Source: Bacteroidales bacterium
Lineage (GTDB): Bacteria; Bacteroidota; Bacteroidia; Bacteroidales; Paludibacteraceae
Length of the DNA: 64,000 bases
Direction: 5' to 3'
Assembly (NCBI GenBank): GCA_015061115.1
Contig: SUXE01000006.1
Location: 1 to 64,000 of the forward strand
In this document: positions 55,991 to 64,000 of the stretch, piece after piece
Position numbering within the stretch: the first letter of the stretch is position 1
Layout of the letters: each line of letters begins with the position of its first letter
Translations under genes and position numbers: made by a program
Notes under the pieces: model-generated
The model's database searches: none
Told to the model about the DNA's origin: nothing
What the model saw: only the letters and a program-made list of their open reading frames with translations

Positions 55991-57147
55991 ATGTGTAAAT
56001 CAGGTATTTTTTTGATTGCGTCCTGTCTGTTACGGTCTAATACTTTTGCGTAGATTTGGGTCGTCCGGATGTCTGAATGTCCCAGCAGTTTAGAAACTGT
56101 GTATAAGTCAGTGTCTAGCGTTATCATTAGTGTCGCAAAAGTATGTCGCCCTGAATGGAATGTTAATTTTTTTGTTATCCCTGCAGCAGCTGCCCAATTG
56201 CGAATGTAATTGTTTGTACATTCGTGAGATGGAAGACGTGGAAAAACATAATCTTTGTTTTTTTTTCTTTCTCCCATCAAGCGAGCCGCTTGCTCATTTA
56301 TGTCAAGATATTGCAGTCCTTTTGTTTTTTGCTGACGAAATGTCAACCGGGTAAGTCCGTTGATATTGCTGACTTGATCCCACGTTAAATTCATAATGTC
56401 AGATCGACGTAACCCAGTAAGACAGGAAAATAAAAAACAAGTTTTTATGTTTTCTATAGGGCATGGAGTATCAACAACTGCATTAAGCTCTTCTAACGTC
56501 AGATAAGTTCTTTCGGCTTCTTCGACTTTAGGCAATTTGACAAAGACACATGGATCATCATTAATAAGTTTATGCCTGTAAGCCTCTTTAATTATAGTTC
56601 TAAATTTAGAAAAATATAAACTTTGGGAGTTTGGCTTTAGAGTTGAACTTAAATATTTAAAATTGGTTTGCCCCTTATTAAGGAATTTAACAAATCCTTC
56701 CACAAACTTAAAGTCGATTTCTTCAAGTAGAATGTCTTTGCCGTTGAGATATGTGTACATTTGGCGATATGCAGACTTCATTGTACATTTGTTTCCAAAC
56801 GAGTTGGCTTTGTTTATCTTTTCCTGCCACAATTCAAGCAGATATATTTTTTTACTTTTGTTGAGGCTAAACTTGTTTTCTTGCATTTCTGTAAGTCGTC
56901 GTGATTTTACAATTTCTGCAATTTTCCAAGTTTCTTTATTCTTTTTTTTGTCTTCTTTGGTTAGTTCTGGAATAAGGTACAGCCTAAGTGATTCCTCATG
57001 TCTTTTGCCTCTATAGTAATAAGATAAAAAAATTGATTTTACACCATCTTTTCTATCTCTCAATCGGAATTTCACAAAATCTTTGTTCATAATTTTCTTT
57101 TTTTGTGTGGCGTTTTGAGGCAGTTGTTTATTTAGAATAAAAGCCAC
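55987..57147 (-). CDS. Tyrosine-type site-specific integrase (Bacteroidetes phage-integrase family with N-terminal arm-binding domain)
   Basis: C-terminal HSGRHTFAT...LLGHSDIRTTQIYAKV (R...HxxR...Y catalytic motifs). Confidence 0.9.
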   Translation of the reverse strand: MAFILNKQLPQNATQKKKIMNKDFVKFRLRDRKDGVKSIFLSYYYRGKRHEESLRLYLIPELTKEDKKKNKETWKIAEIVKSRRLTEMQENKFSLNKSKKIYLLELWQEKINKANSFGNKCTMKSAYRQMYTYLNGKDILLEEIDFKFVEGFVKFLNKGQTNFKYLSSTLKPNSQSLYFSKFRTIIKEAYRHKLINDDPCVFVKLPKVEEAERTYLTLEELNAVVDTPCPIENIKTCFLFSCLTGLRRSDIMNLTWDQVSNINGLTRLTFRQQKTKGLQYLDINEQAARLMGERKKNKDYVFPRLPSHECTNNYIRNWAAAAGITKKLTFHSGRHTFATLMITLDTDLYTVSKLLGHSDIRTTQIYAKVLDRNRQDAIKKIPDLHI

Positions 57148-57163
57148 GAAATCGCCACTGAGT

Positions 57164-57260
57164 TAATATAAATATCAAACTATATATATCAATGATGTGT
57201 ATATTACAATTAACTGAAATGCACTTTAATATAAATATCAATAGAAATAATATAAACATC
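57164..57260. repeat. Direct repeats taatataaatatcaa (57164-57178, 57229-57243) plus a variant taatataaacatca (~57248); candidate integrase arm-type sites at attR
   Basis: Seen directly, immediately outside the integrase start. Confidence 0.4.
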
Positions 57261-57398
57261 AGTATATAAACGTGAGTTTTGTAATCATGATTTCTTGGTA
57301 TTTTAAGACAAAAGTATATAATAATTTCTTTTTTGCAATCAAGTTGCATTTTCCTTCGTCTACTTTTGTTTCAGTTTAAGAATTAAAAGGAAAATGTT

Positions 57399-58742
57399 AT
57401 GAAAGAATTTTTCTATTCATTATGGGTGTTGGTTTTGGAAATGGCACCTTATTTGCTTCTAGGTTTCTTCATAGCCGGTTTGCTTTACGCATTTATCCCT
57501 CAGAAACTATTTGCCAAGCATCTTAAAACGCCTGGATTCAAATCTGTTCTATATTCGACGTTGCTTGGTATTCCACTTCCGCTTTGTTCATGTGGAGTGT
57601 TGCCTACTACGGTTTCTTTACGAAAAAGTGGAGCTTCACGTGGAGCCTGCACATCTTTTTTGATCTCTACTCCGCAGACAGGAGTCGATAGTATACTTGC
57701 AACTTATTCTTTACTGGGTTTGCCGTTTGCGATCATTCGTCCGATTGCGGCATTGATCACTGGTTTGGTCGGTGGTTTTGTCACTGATCTGTCATTCAAG
57801 GATGAGGTGGAGACGGAATCTGTTTCCAACAACAAAGAGAGTAAGAATCTTACTTTTGTGCAGAAGTTGAAGGTCGCACTCAAATATGCTTTTGGTGAGT
57901 TGTTGGAAGACGTAGGTAAATGGTTGGTCATTGGTTTGCTTGTATCTGCGTTGATTACTGTGGCCGTGCCTAACGATTTCTTTTCCGCACTACAGGATTA
58001 TCCTTTTTTGAATATGTTGATCGTCCTTGTTATTGCCATTCCGATGTATACTTGTGCAACTGGTTCAATTCCAATCGCTCTTTCTTTGATGATGAAGGGA
58101 ATGACTCCTGGAGCGGCATTTTTGTTGCTGATGGCTGGCCCTGCTATTAACACTGCTTCTATGCTTGTGATAAACAAAGCTTTTGGCAAAAAACAGACAG
58201 TGATTTATATTGTTTCTATAGTGTTGGGAGCAATTAGTTTTGGCTTGATCATGGATTATCTTTTGCCAAGCAGTTGGTTTGATGTAAGTCACATGAATGC
58301 GGCGGTCTCTTGTTGTGAAGAGGGACATAATGAATGGTTCAGCATCATTTGCAGCGTCGTCTTCTTGATTCTTTTGATTAAATCATTCTTTCATGGACAT
58401 CATCACCATGGAGAGTGTGGTTGTGGATGTCATGATGGAGGTTGTCACTGTCATGATCACGACGATGAAGGACATTGCCATTGTCATGAGGACGACGACG
58501 ATGATGACTGCTGTTGCTGTGACGAAAATAGTGAGGTGGTTTTGAAAGTGAAAGGTATGTGTTGCAGCCATTGCGCAAACAATTTAAGAGATGCTTTTCT
58601 TGCTAATGATGAAATTGACAGTTGTGAAGTAGACCATAATTCAGGTTTGGTCAATATCAAATTCAAAGAAGGAAGGAAGATGACGAAAGAGCAGTTGGCG
58701 GCAGTGGTTGACGGTTTAGGTTATGAAGTGGTTGACGAATAA
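57399..58742 (+). CDS. DUF318/ArsP-like permease with a C-terminal His/Cys-rich metal-binding tract and an HMA-like domain
   Basis: Multi-TM; PLCSCGVLP motif (ArsP TPFCSC-like). Tract HGHHHHGECGCGCHDGGCHCHDHDDEGHCHCHEDDDDDDCCCC. C-terminal VKGMCCSHCANNL ferredoxin-like HMA fold. Confidence 0.7.
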   Translation: MKEFFYSLWVLVLEMAPYLLLGFFIAGLLYAFIPQKLFAKHLKTPGFKSVLYSTLLGIPLPLCSCGVLPTTVSLRKSGASRGACTSFLISTPQTGVDSILATYSLLGLPFAIIRPIAALITGLVGGFVTDLSFKDEVETESVSNNKESKNLTFVQKLKVALKYAFGELLEDVGKWLVIGLLVSALITVAVPNDFFSALQDYPFLNMLIVLVIAIPMYTCATGSIPIALSLMMKGMTPGAAFLLLMAGPAINTASMLVINKAFGKKQTVIYIVSIVLGAISFGLIMDYLLPSSWFDVSHMNAAVSCCEEGHNEWFSIICSVVFLILLIKSFFHGHHHHGECGCGCHDGGCHCHDHDDEGHCHCHEDDDDDDCCCCDENSEVVLKVKGMCCSHCANNLRDAFLANDEIDSCEVDHNSGLVNIKFKEGRKMTKEQLAAVVDGLGYEVVDE

Positions 58743-58761
58743 GATGAATATTGTTTAAGCA

Positions 58762-58797
58762 AAAAACGTCTTCCTTTTTTGGGGAAGACGTTTTTTT
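58762..58797. terminator. Bidirectional Rho-independent terminator (AAACGTCTTCC / GGAAGACGTTT flanked by A- and T-runs)
   Basis: Seen directly, between the convergent genes. Confidence 0.6.
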
Positions 58798-58815
58798 ATA
58801 ATAAGTAATTTGATT

Positions 58816-61533
58816 TTACTTAAGCACAACCTTCTTTACAAAAGAATCTTCGGCAGTGACAACTTTCACTAGATACAATCCCTTTGCAAACGAAGAGAGA
58901 TCAAGAGAAATATTGTTGGCGTTTACTGATTCCGACATCAAAACTTTTCCTGTTATATCCAAAACAACTACATCATTGATAATATTGTTGTCAACTTCGA
59001 CATTTATACTTCCTGAAGTAGGATTTGGATAGATGCTTACAGAATTTGATTCATTGTCAGAAACAGATGATAATGATCCATTATTGTTTTCATAACTGTA
59101 TAGATTATTAGTTGAGAATCTTTCTGACAAAGAATTGAAACATAGTGGAATATCAGCTGTGCGTGGCTTTCCATCTCCTTTATATGCATTGGCTGACAAA
59201 TCACCCTTTCTTGCTCTTAATGAAGCACCGTATTTTACTGATGTTCCTGACTTTAGAGACAGTGTCTTTGAAGATCTTAGTTTTGTCGTTCCACTTTCAA
59301 CAATGAACGCACCTTCTTTCATTTGATCTGTCACCTTTTCTCCAGAAATGATGTTGTTTGCCACAATATCATGGTATCCTGTTAATGTCATATTCTGAAG
59401 ATACAAATCTGTTTTTGATACAGTCACGTAAGGAACGTAATTTGCTTTCGTGATTGTGATATAGCAAGGCACATTTACATTTTCGAACACATATTTTGTT
59501 TCATTTGATGCGTCGAATGTCTTAAAGTATGATTTGCCATAGTCAGCGATACTGCAAATTGTTATTTTTGAACCTTTCACATGAGAGTCGACTGTTATCG
59601 AATTGTCGTTTCCTCTATTGATAAACGGTTTGAATGTTGCAGGCTCAACAGTATATAATCTCATACTTGGATCTCCAAAGTAATGGCCTATTCTACGAGT
59701 CTCATCAAGTTCTGTTCTAAATGATGCTTGAAGAATAGCGGAAGCAATGGATATTTCCTGATTTTTAAATAGAGCTTCAAGAGTGCCGGATCCCATAAGT
59801 TTACTTTCACAATGTACTGCTGGATAAGAGTTGCCGAATACACCAACTGCACCACCGATTGCTTTGTTTAGCAGACATTCTGCGAAACAAAGGGAATCTT
59901 TATTTTTATAATTGAATGATCCTGTGCTGCATGTGAAATTAAAAAATACTGGGGTTTTGTCTCCATTTTTTAGTTTGGCTACCTCTTCCTGAGTGTATGT
60001 TTTGAAACTATACGCACCTTCGTTTCCATGACCATCATAAACGACGATTGATTTTCCATCGTTTAATAAATCTGTGATATGAGATGGCGTTTTATCCCAA
60101 AAATCATTTCCACTTGGGTCTTCCATGTACATACCTTCTGGCATTTTGTCTCCATTAAGGAAATATTGAGGCTGACTGTTTTCTTTATAAGTTCTTTGTC
60201 CTTCTTTACAAGTAATATAATGACGGTCTATATCATACCCCAAACGCTTTAAGTCGATACTTACACCTTCCGCAGATGATACAAAATCAAATGTCTTTGA
60301 TTCATGATTTATAGGACTGCCTTCATATTCGAAATACGATATGGACAAGGCTTTGTTATAGAAATCTGACTTTGCCGGCGGGTTACTTTCGTATGATATA
60401 ATTTTATCTACGACTGAAATTGCTTCCTGTGGAGAATATACAGATATTCTTCCTCTTGCCATATCATCAAATGGTTTGACACTTGAGATTCCATTTTGTG
60501 CTAAAGGTGCATCACTACTATAGGAAGTACTTGTTTCACTAAACATCGAAATTCTGCTGATATTACGAAATGAAGTGCTTGGCACATCACTATCAGAACC
60601 AATGATGAGAAGATAATCAGGCATGTATTTTAGTTTAGAACAGTATGCCTTAATAGTATCAGCTACATAGTAAGGATAGTATACTTCCCATTTCTTTTTG
60701 CTTAAGATGTGACATTTGTAACCAAGTCTTGTCTTCCAACTTGCCATTTTTTCTGCGGCGACTTTGTATGCATCGGTTGTTACAATCAAATAATCACATT
60801 CTTTAGATGAAGCCTCAGACTTTAACATGGTTTGATCGTATTTCTTCAACATCTCAGGATTTGAAGATGCTCTTCCTAACATGTCATATGCCATTCTTGA
60901 CAGTTTAGCAGGTGTTTCTTGTTTTTCAAAATTAATACGATATTTGATTGAAGAATAGCATCTCAATGTTTTCGTCGTAGAATTGAAAGAGACAGGATAT
61001 GTGTTTATACTTACGAGCGGTACCGTTCTGAATGTGCTTTTGGTAACACAGTATGCGAGAGTGTCCGGATAAAAGCTTTTCCTTTCTCCAGTTGTTTTCG
61101 TATTAGTATAATTACTTGCATCAGAAAGTATTGACTCGTCGGTATCAATTAGAGGACAGATGAAATCTTGATGATTTTCCTCAATGATTTCTATTTTAAC
61201 TGTAGACTCATTTGCATTTTCTGTTAATACAATAAGATCTTTGTAATATGGCAAACGACTACATTCGTCTAATACGATTTCATCTGTAATATAATGTGCA
61301 TTATCCATATATAAATGAAGGTATCCGTTGCCATTGCCTTCTGAAATATGTTTTAGATATGCACCGTCAAACTTATATTCCACATCTATGTACGAATCAC
61401 TGTTTGTGATTGTTCTTTGTGGATCGTTGAATTTCCTTTGGCTTACATATCCGTCTTTAAATGACAAATACCTGCTTTGGGCAAGTGATGCCGAAAAAAT
61501 GAATATGCATAGGCCTAGTAATATTTTTTTCAC
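58816..61533 (-). CDS. T9SS C-terminal sorting-domain protein, probably a peptidase C25 (gingipain-like) family member
   Basis: Signal peptide. Candidate His/Cys dyad segments VVYDGHGNEGAY and FFNFTCSTGSF. C-terminal ~80-aa Por/T9SS sorting domain (SIYPNPTSGSINVE...GLYLVKVV). Confidence 0.65.
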   Translation of the reverse strand: MKKILLGLCIFIFSASLAQSRYLSFKDGYVSQRKFNDPQRTITNSDSYIDVEYKFDGAYLKHISEGNGNGYLHLYMDNAHYITDEIVLDECSRLPYYKDLIVLTENANESTVKIEIIEENHQDFICPLIDTDESILSDASNYTNTKTTGERKSFYPDTLAYCVTKSTFRTVPLVSINTYPVSFNSTTKTLRCYSSIKYRINFEKQETPAKLSRMAYDMLGRASSNPEMLKKYDQTMLKSEASSKECDYLIVTTDAYKVAAEKMASWKTRLGYKCHILSKKKWEVYYPYYVADTIKAYCSKLKYMPDYLLIIGSDSDVPSTSFRNISRISMFSETSTSYSSDAPLAQNGISSVKPFDDMARGRISVYSPQEAISVVDKIISYESNPPAKSDFYNKALSISYFEYEGSPINHESKTFDFVSSAEGVSIDLKRLGYDIDRHYITCKEGQRTYKENSQPQYFLNGDKMPEGMYMEDPSGNDFWDKTPSHITDLLNDGKSIVVYDGHGNEGAYSFKTYTQEEVAKLKNGDKTPVFFNFTCSTGSFNYKNKDSLCFAECLLNKAIGGAVGVFGNSYPAVHCESKLMGSGTLEALFKNQEISIASAILQASFRTELDETRRIGHYFGDPSMRLYTVEPATFKPFINRGNDNSITVDSHVKGSKITICSIADYGKSYFKTFDASNETKYVFENVNVPCYITITKANYVPYVTVSKTDLYLQNMTLTGYHDIVANNIISGEKVTDQMKEGAFIVESGTTKLRSSKTLSLKSGTSVKYGASLRARKGDLSANAYKGDGKPRTADIPLCFNSLSERFSTNNLYSYENNNGSLSSVSDNESNSVSIYPNPTSGSINVEVDNNIINDVVVLDITGKVLMSESVNANNISLDLSSFAKGLYLVKVVTAEDSFVKKVVLK

Positions 61534-61540
61534 TGCTTTA

Positions 61541-62281
61541 TTACTTTAAGTTGTTCTTCATGTTCTCCATCTCTTGCTTCAATTGAGCGTTCTCTTTTTG
61601 TAGCTGAATCATGTGTAGAGTAAGTTCCTCCACCTTCTCCAAAAGGATGTTGCTCATTTTTGAGACGCTGATGCCCTCAGCTTCCATCTCTGCTGCTGAT
61701 GGAACTCCTGGAAGATGCTTGTGCTCATTGACGTAATTCTCTACCTCAGACAAAGACTTTAGATTGTAATCTTCTGCAAACACATAGTCAGCAACGTTGT
61801 TCATGTCCATACGGATGTCGTTAGCTTTGATTTGTGAAGCCTGGATTGAAGAAGAGTTGATGCTGTTTGTGTTAACGTCAGCAACATCCAATGAACCAGT
61901 ACAGATGATACCACCGTCAACGTGAAGTTTTGCTTTTGGATCTTCAATACCGATACCTACATTACCAGTCTTGAAATTATATTTGTTTGCTTGGAAACCC
62001 ATTGGGTCGTAATTGTTGTAACCGTAAGCTGAGATCATCGCCCAACCATCATCGGCTGTCAAACGAATTGAGTTGTAGATTAGATTGCTTGTGTTGACAA
62101 CAAGTCCGTTGTAAATTGAATTAGATTTGCCTTTTGCTACTAGATCTCCTTCTAGATAAAGGGTTTCTTCGATTGTTTCTGCGTTTGAAACGGCACATGA
62201 CAACACTAGGGATGCAAAAGCTCCCATCTTTAATAATTTTGAAAACATAATTAGAGTTTTTTTTCGGAGAGTTCCATACAT
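61541..62281 (-). CDS. Secreted protein with a tail-fibre-like motif and a C-terminal chaperone-of-endosialidase-like segment plus coiled coil
   Basis: Signal peptide; GNVGIGIEDPKAKLHVDGG motif; C-terminal ADYVFAEDYNLKSLSEVENYVNEHKHLPGVPSAAEM. Confidence 0.5.
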   Translation of the reverse strand: MYGTLRKKTLIMFSKLLKMGAFASLVLSCAVSNAETIEETLYLEGDLVAKGKSNSIYNGLVVNTSNLIYNSIRLTADDGWAMISAYGYNNYDPMGFQANKYNFKTGNVGIGIEDPKAKLHVDGGIICTGSLDVADVNTNSINSSSIQASQIKANDIRMDMNNVADYVFAEDYNLKSLSEVENYVNEHKHLPGVPSAAEMEAEGISVSKMSNILLEKVEELTLHMIQLQKENAQLKQEMENMKNNLK

Positions 62282-62692
62282 AATACAATAACATAGGCCA
62301 AAAGAATGAACTCTCCATAGTCCTTTCGGGATATGCTTGCAAAACTTAGTTAATTTTAGATTAGATAAATTTTTGGACTAATTCACAACAATCACATTGA
62401 AGTAGATTATTATACTCTAACATCTAAACAAACATCTTGCTTTGCTGAATACAAAAATAAATAATAATTCTGTTTGATAAAAATGTTTTTGATTTTTTAT
62501 ACAAGAAATTTGTTTGTGCTAAGTGGTTTGCGTATTAATATTCTCAGACCGATTTTTGTTAAATAAATATAATGTTTATAAATGCTCGTTCTTGCAGACT
62601 CGCAAATGGCAGAAGGTTAGGGCGTTGCACCATTGACAATCCTCAATTTAGTAACAGAATGTATTATGTTGTAGCCTTTTAATATAAATTTT

Positions 62693-63757
62693 TTATTCAA
62701 AAAATGTTTTTTTGATTGATTCGAATTTCATCTGAACCTCATTCCATTCATTTTCTTTTGTACTGTCGGGCATTATGCCGCCTCCAGCAAACAATGTAAT
62801 TGAATTTTTGTTGATCTTTCCGCAACGAAGGTTCACGAATATATCAGCTTCGTCTGTTGATGCGGATTGAAAACCTACTACACCTGAATATAGTTCACGT
62901 TTATGGGATTCCGCATTTTTGATTGCGGATAATGCAGGTGAAGTTGGATAACCCAACACTGCAGGAGTGGGGTGGAGTAGTCTGATAAGTGTGGATAATG
63001 ATTCCGTTGACGTGAATGAAATATCTGTGCAAAGATGCTGAATCAATCCTGCCGCCTTGGAATATGTAGTGCCGACGGTAATGTTCGCTTTTATCTCATT
63101 CAAACGTTCTGTTATATAGTCTGTTACGACTTGTTGCTCACGGATTTCCTTTTCATGCCATTTCTGCTTGCCATCATTGGATATTGTTCCGGCAAGTGAT
63201 ATTGTGGAGTATGATCCGGATTTTTTCTGAAGAAGAATTTCAGGTGTGCAGCCTATCCATGTCTCTCCGTTGGAAAGATGTAGAAGATAGGCAAATTCAT
63301 AGCTGTCTTTAGATGCTATGTTTGTGAAAATGTCAAAAACTGATTTCTCGGTCTGTATGTTTTGCTTTGCTGACAGTACAATCTTTGCCGCCTTTTTTGA
63401 CTTTAATTTTTGCATCACGGTATCGAACGACCGTTCGTACACTTCCGCTGATGTGGATGAATCTGTTTTTGATTTCAGATTAAGTTTTTGACGTTGTTTG
63501 ATATAGGAGTCGAAAATTGCAACGTCTTCTGCAGAATCAAAATCTAAAGAGATATTTTTAGGAATCATTTTTAGCTCATTGTCTTCGAATGATGATAAAA
63601 TGAATCCGTCTGTATTTGTGAAGTAATCAGTTAATTGTGATTCTTTTGATGCGAAGAACTGAATCTTTTCTCCACGTTTTTTGAAGATACAAAAAAGAGC
63701 ATCCGTCGTTTCTGCACGACGGATGACTTCGTTCCATTTATCTTCTAGTTTGGGCAT
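62693..63757 (-). CDS. menF: Isochorismate synthase (menaquinone pathway)
   Basis: 354 aa. C-terminal chorismate-binding motifs (GTPK-like, FAGGGIMPDSTKENEWNEV). Confidence 0.8.
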   Translation of the reverse strand: MPKLEDKWNEVIRRAETTDALFCIFKKRGEKIQFFASKESQLTDYFTNTDGFILSSFEDNELKMIPKNISLDFDSAEDVAIFDSYIKQRQKLNLKSKTDSSTSAEVYERSFDTVMQKLKSKKAAKIVLSAKQNIQTEKSVFDIFTNIASKDSYEFAYLLHLSNGETWIGCTPEILLQKKSGSYSTISLAGTISNDGKQKWHEKEIREQQVVTDYITERLNEIKANITVGTTYSKAAGLIQHLCTDISFTSTESLSTLIRLLHPTPAVLGYPTSPALSAIKNAESHKRELYSGVVGFQSASTDEADIFVNLRCGKINKNSITLFAGGGIMPDSTKENEWNEVQMKFESIKKTFFE

Positions 63758-63758
63758 T

Positions 63759-64000
63759 TTAATATTCCAAATATGGATTGTTTAATTTTTCCCAAGCCAC
63801 ATCTGTTGATTCTCCATGACCTGGATAAAGGATCGTGTCGTCAGGCAATCGTAATAATTTGCCGGTGATGCTTTCCATAATTTCTCTCTGGCTTCCTGTA
63901 GGGAAATCAGTTCTTCCGACAGACTGCTTGAATATGGTGTCACCTGTGAAACAGACATTTTGCTCTTTGGCATAGAAGCAGACACTTCCTGCACTATGTC
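63759..64000 (-). CDS. MBL-fold metallo-hydrolase (glyoxalase-II-like), C-terminal part; the gene continues beyond the window. The ORF track lists a different, likely wrong, frame here.
   Basis: Manual translation of the alternative minus frame gives ...HSAGSVCFYAKEQNVCFTGDTIFQ...LPDDTILYPGHGESTDVAWEKLNNPYLEY*, with the MBL FTGDTLF and LP.DT.VYPGH motifs. Its stop lies 1 nt before the menF start. Confidence 0.65.
   Translation of the reverse strand, partial: HSAGSVCFYAKEQNVCFTGDTIFKQSVGRTDFPTGSQREIMESITGKLLRLPDDTILYPGHGESTDVAWEKLNNPYLEY

Larger units (their letters stand above)
18929..57158. mobile_element. Integrated temperate siphovirus-like prophage (~38 kb).
   Basis: Gene content, in order: cI-like HTH gene and operator repeats; tRNA-like RNA array; excisionase; replication genes; methyltransferases; HNH and terminase; HK97 portal/protease/capsid; tail genes with frameshifted chaperone; tape measure; fibres; lysis cassette; cargo; tyrosine integrase. 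Ends are approximate, set by a 14/16 direct repeat gccRcRaaatcgccac at 18913-18928 and 57143-57158. Confidence 0.65.

Noticed and set aside
63782-63994. Listed ORF in this frame at the window end
   Set aside because: No motifs, and its start is an internal GTG. The overlapping +1 frame carries clear MBL-fold motifs and is operon-coupled to menF.
1-64000. CRISPR arrays, rRNA genes, IS/transposase genes, canonical tRNAs
   Set aside because: No regularly spaced short repeats with unique spacers, no rRNA-like conserved stretches, no DDE or serine-transposase-like ORFs, and no cloverleaf-compatible tRNA were found by eye. tRNAscan or Infernal should confirm.

Overview
This is a low-GC Bacteroidota chromosomal segment. 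Evidence for the phylum: TAnnTTTG-type promoters, a T9SS C-terminal sorting-domain protein, and a Bacteroides-type tyrosine integrase. A temperate siphovirus-like prophage of about 38 kb is inserted between a rhomboid protease gene and a DUF318/ArsP-like permease gene.

Left chromosomal flank (1 to 18.9 kb): manA, a thioredoxin-like gene, tatC plus an unlisted tatA, a NavAb-like sodium channel, an MBL hydrolase, an RsmF-like rRNA m5C methyltransferase, glgB, a YhcH-family gene, an alpha/beta hydrolase, a lytic transglycosylase, a tandem USP, a flotillin/NfeD pair, and an AT-rich islet carrying a 658-bp tandem gene duplication.

Prophage (about 18.93 to 57.16 kb), in order:
- a cI-like HTH gene with operator-like repeats;
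- an array of four tRNA-like RNAs (T-arm plus acceptor stem with compensatory covariation, no cloverleaf);
- an excisionase;
- an HD hydrolase;
- a replisome-organizer/DnaC-like pair;
- PAPS-reductase-like, DUF4406, DUF3127 (SSB-tail mimic) and ASCH-like genes, plus many small ORFs;
- a C5-cytosine methyltransferase whose target-recognition domain sits in the +1 frame, bracketed by two compensating frameshifts, the second at an A_AAA_AAG heptamer;
- a ParB-nuclease::N6/N4 methyltransferase fusion;
- an HNH endonuclease and a G-tract element;
- TerS, TerL, and an HK97-type portal/protease/capsid set;
- tail genes with a classic A_AAA_AAA -1 chaperone frameshift;
- a tape measure and large tail/fibre proteins, including a metallophosphoesterase-LRR protein;
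- a holin, amidase and unimolecular-spanin lysis cassette;
- a cargo block of unknown genes;
- the integrase with arm-type repeats.

Right chromosomal flank: the permease (His/Cys tail plus HMA), a C25-like T9SS protein, a tail-fibre-like secreted protein, menF, and a partial MBL-fold gene (the ORF track has it in the wrong frame).

No rRNA, CRISPR array, transposase or canonical tRNA was recognised.
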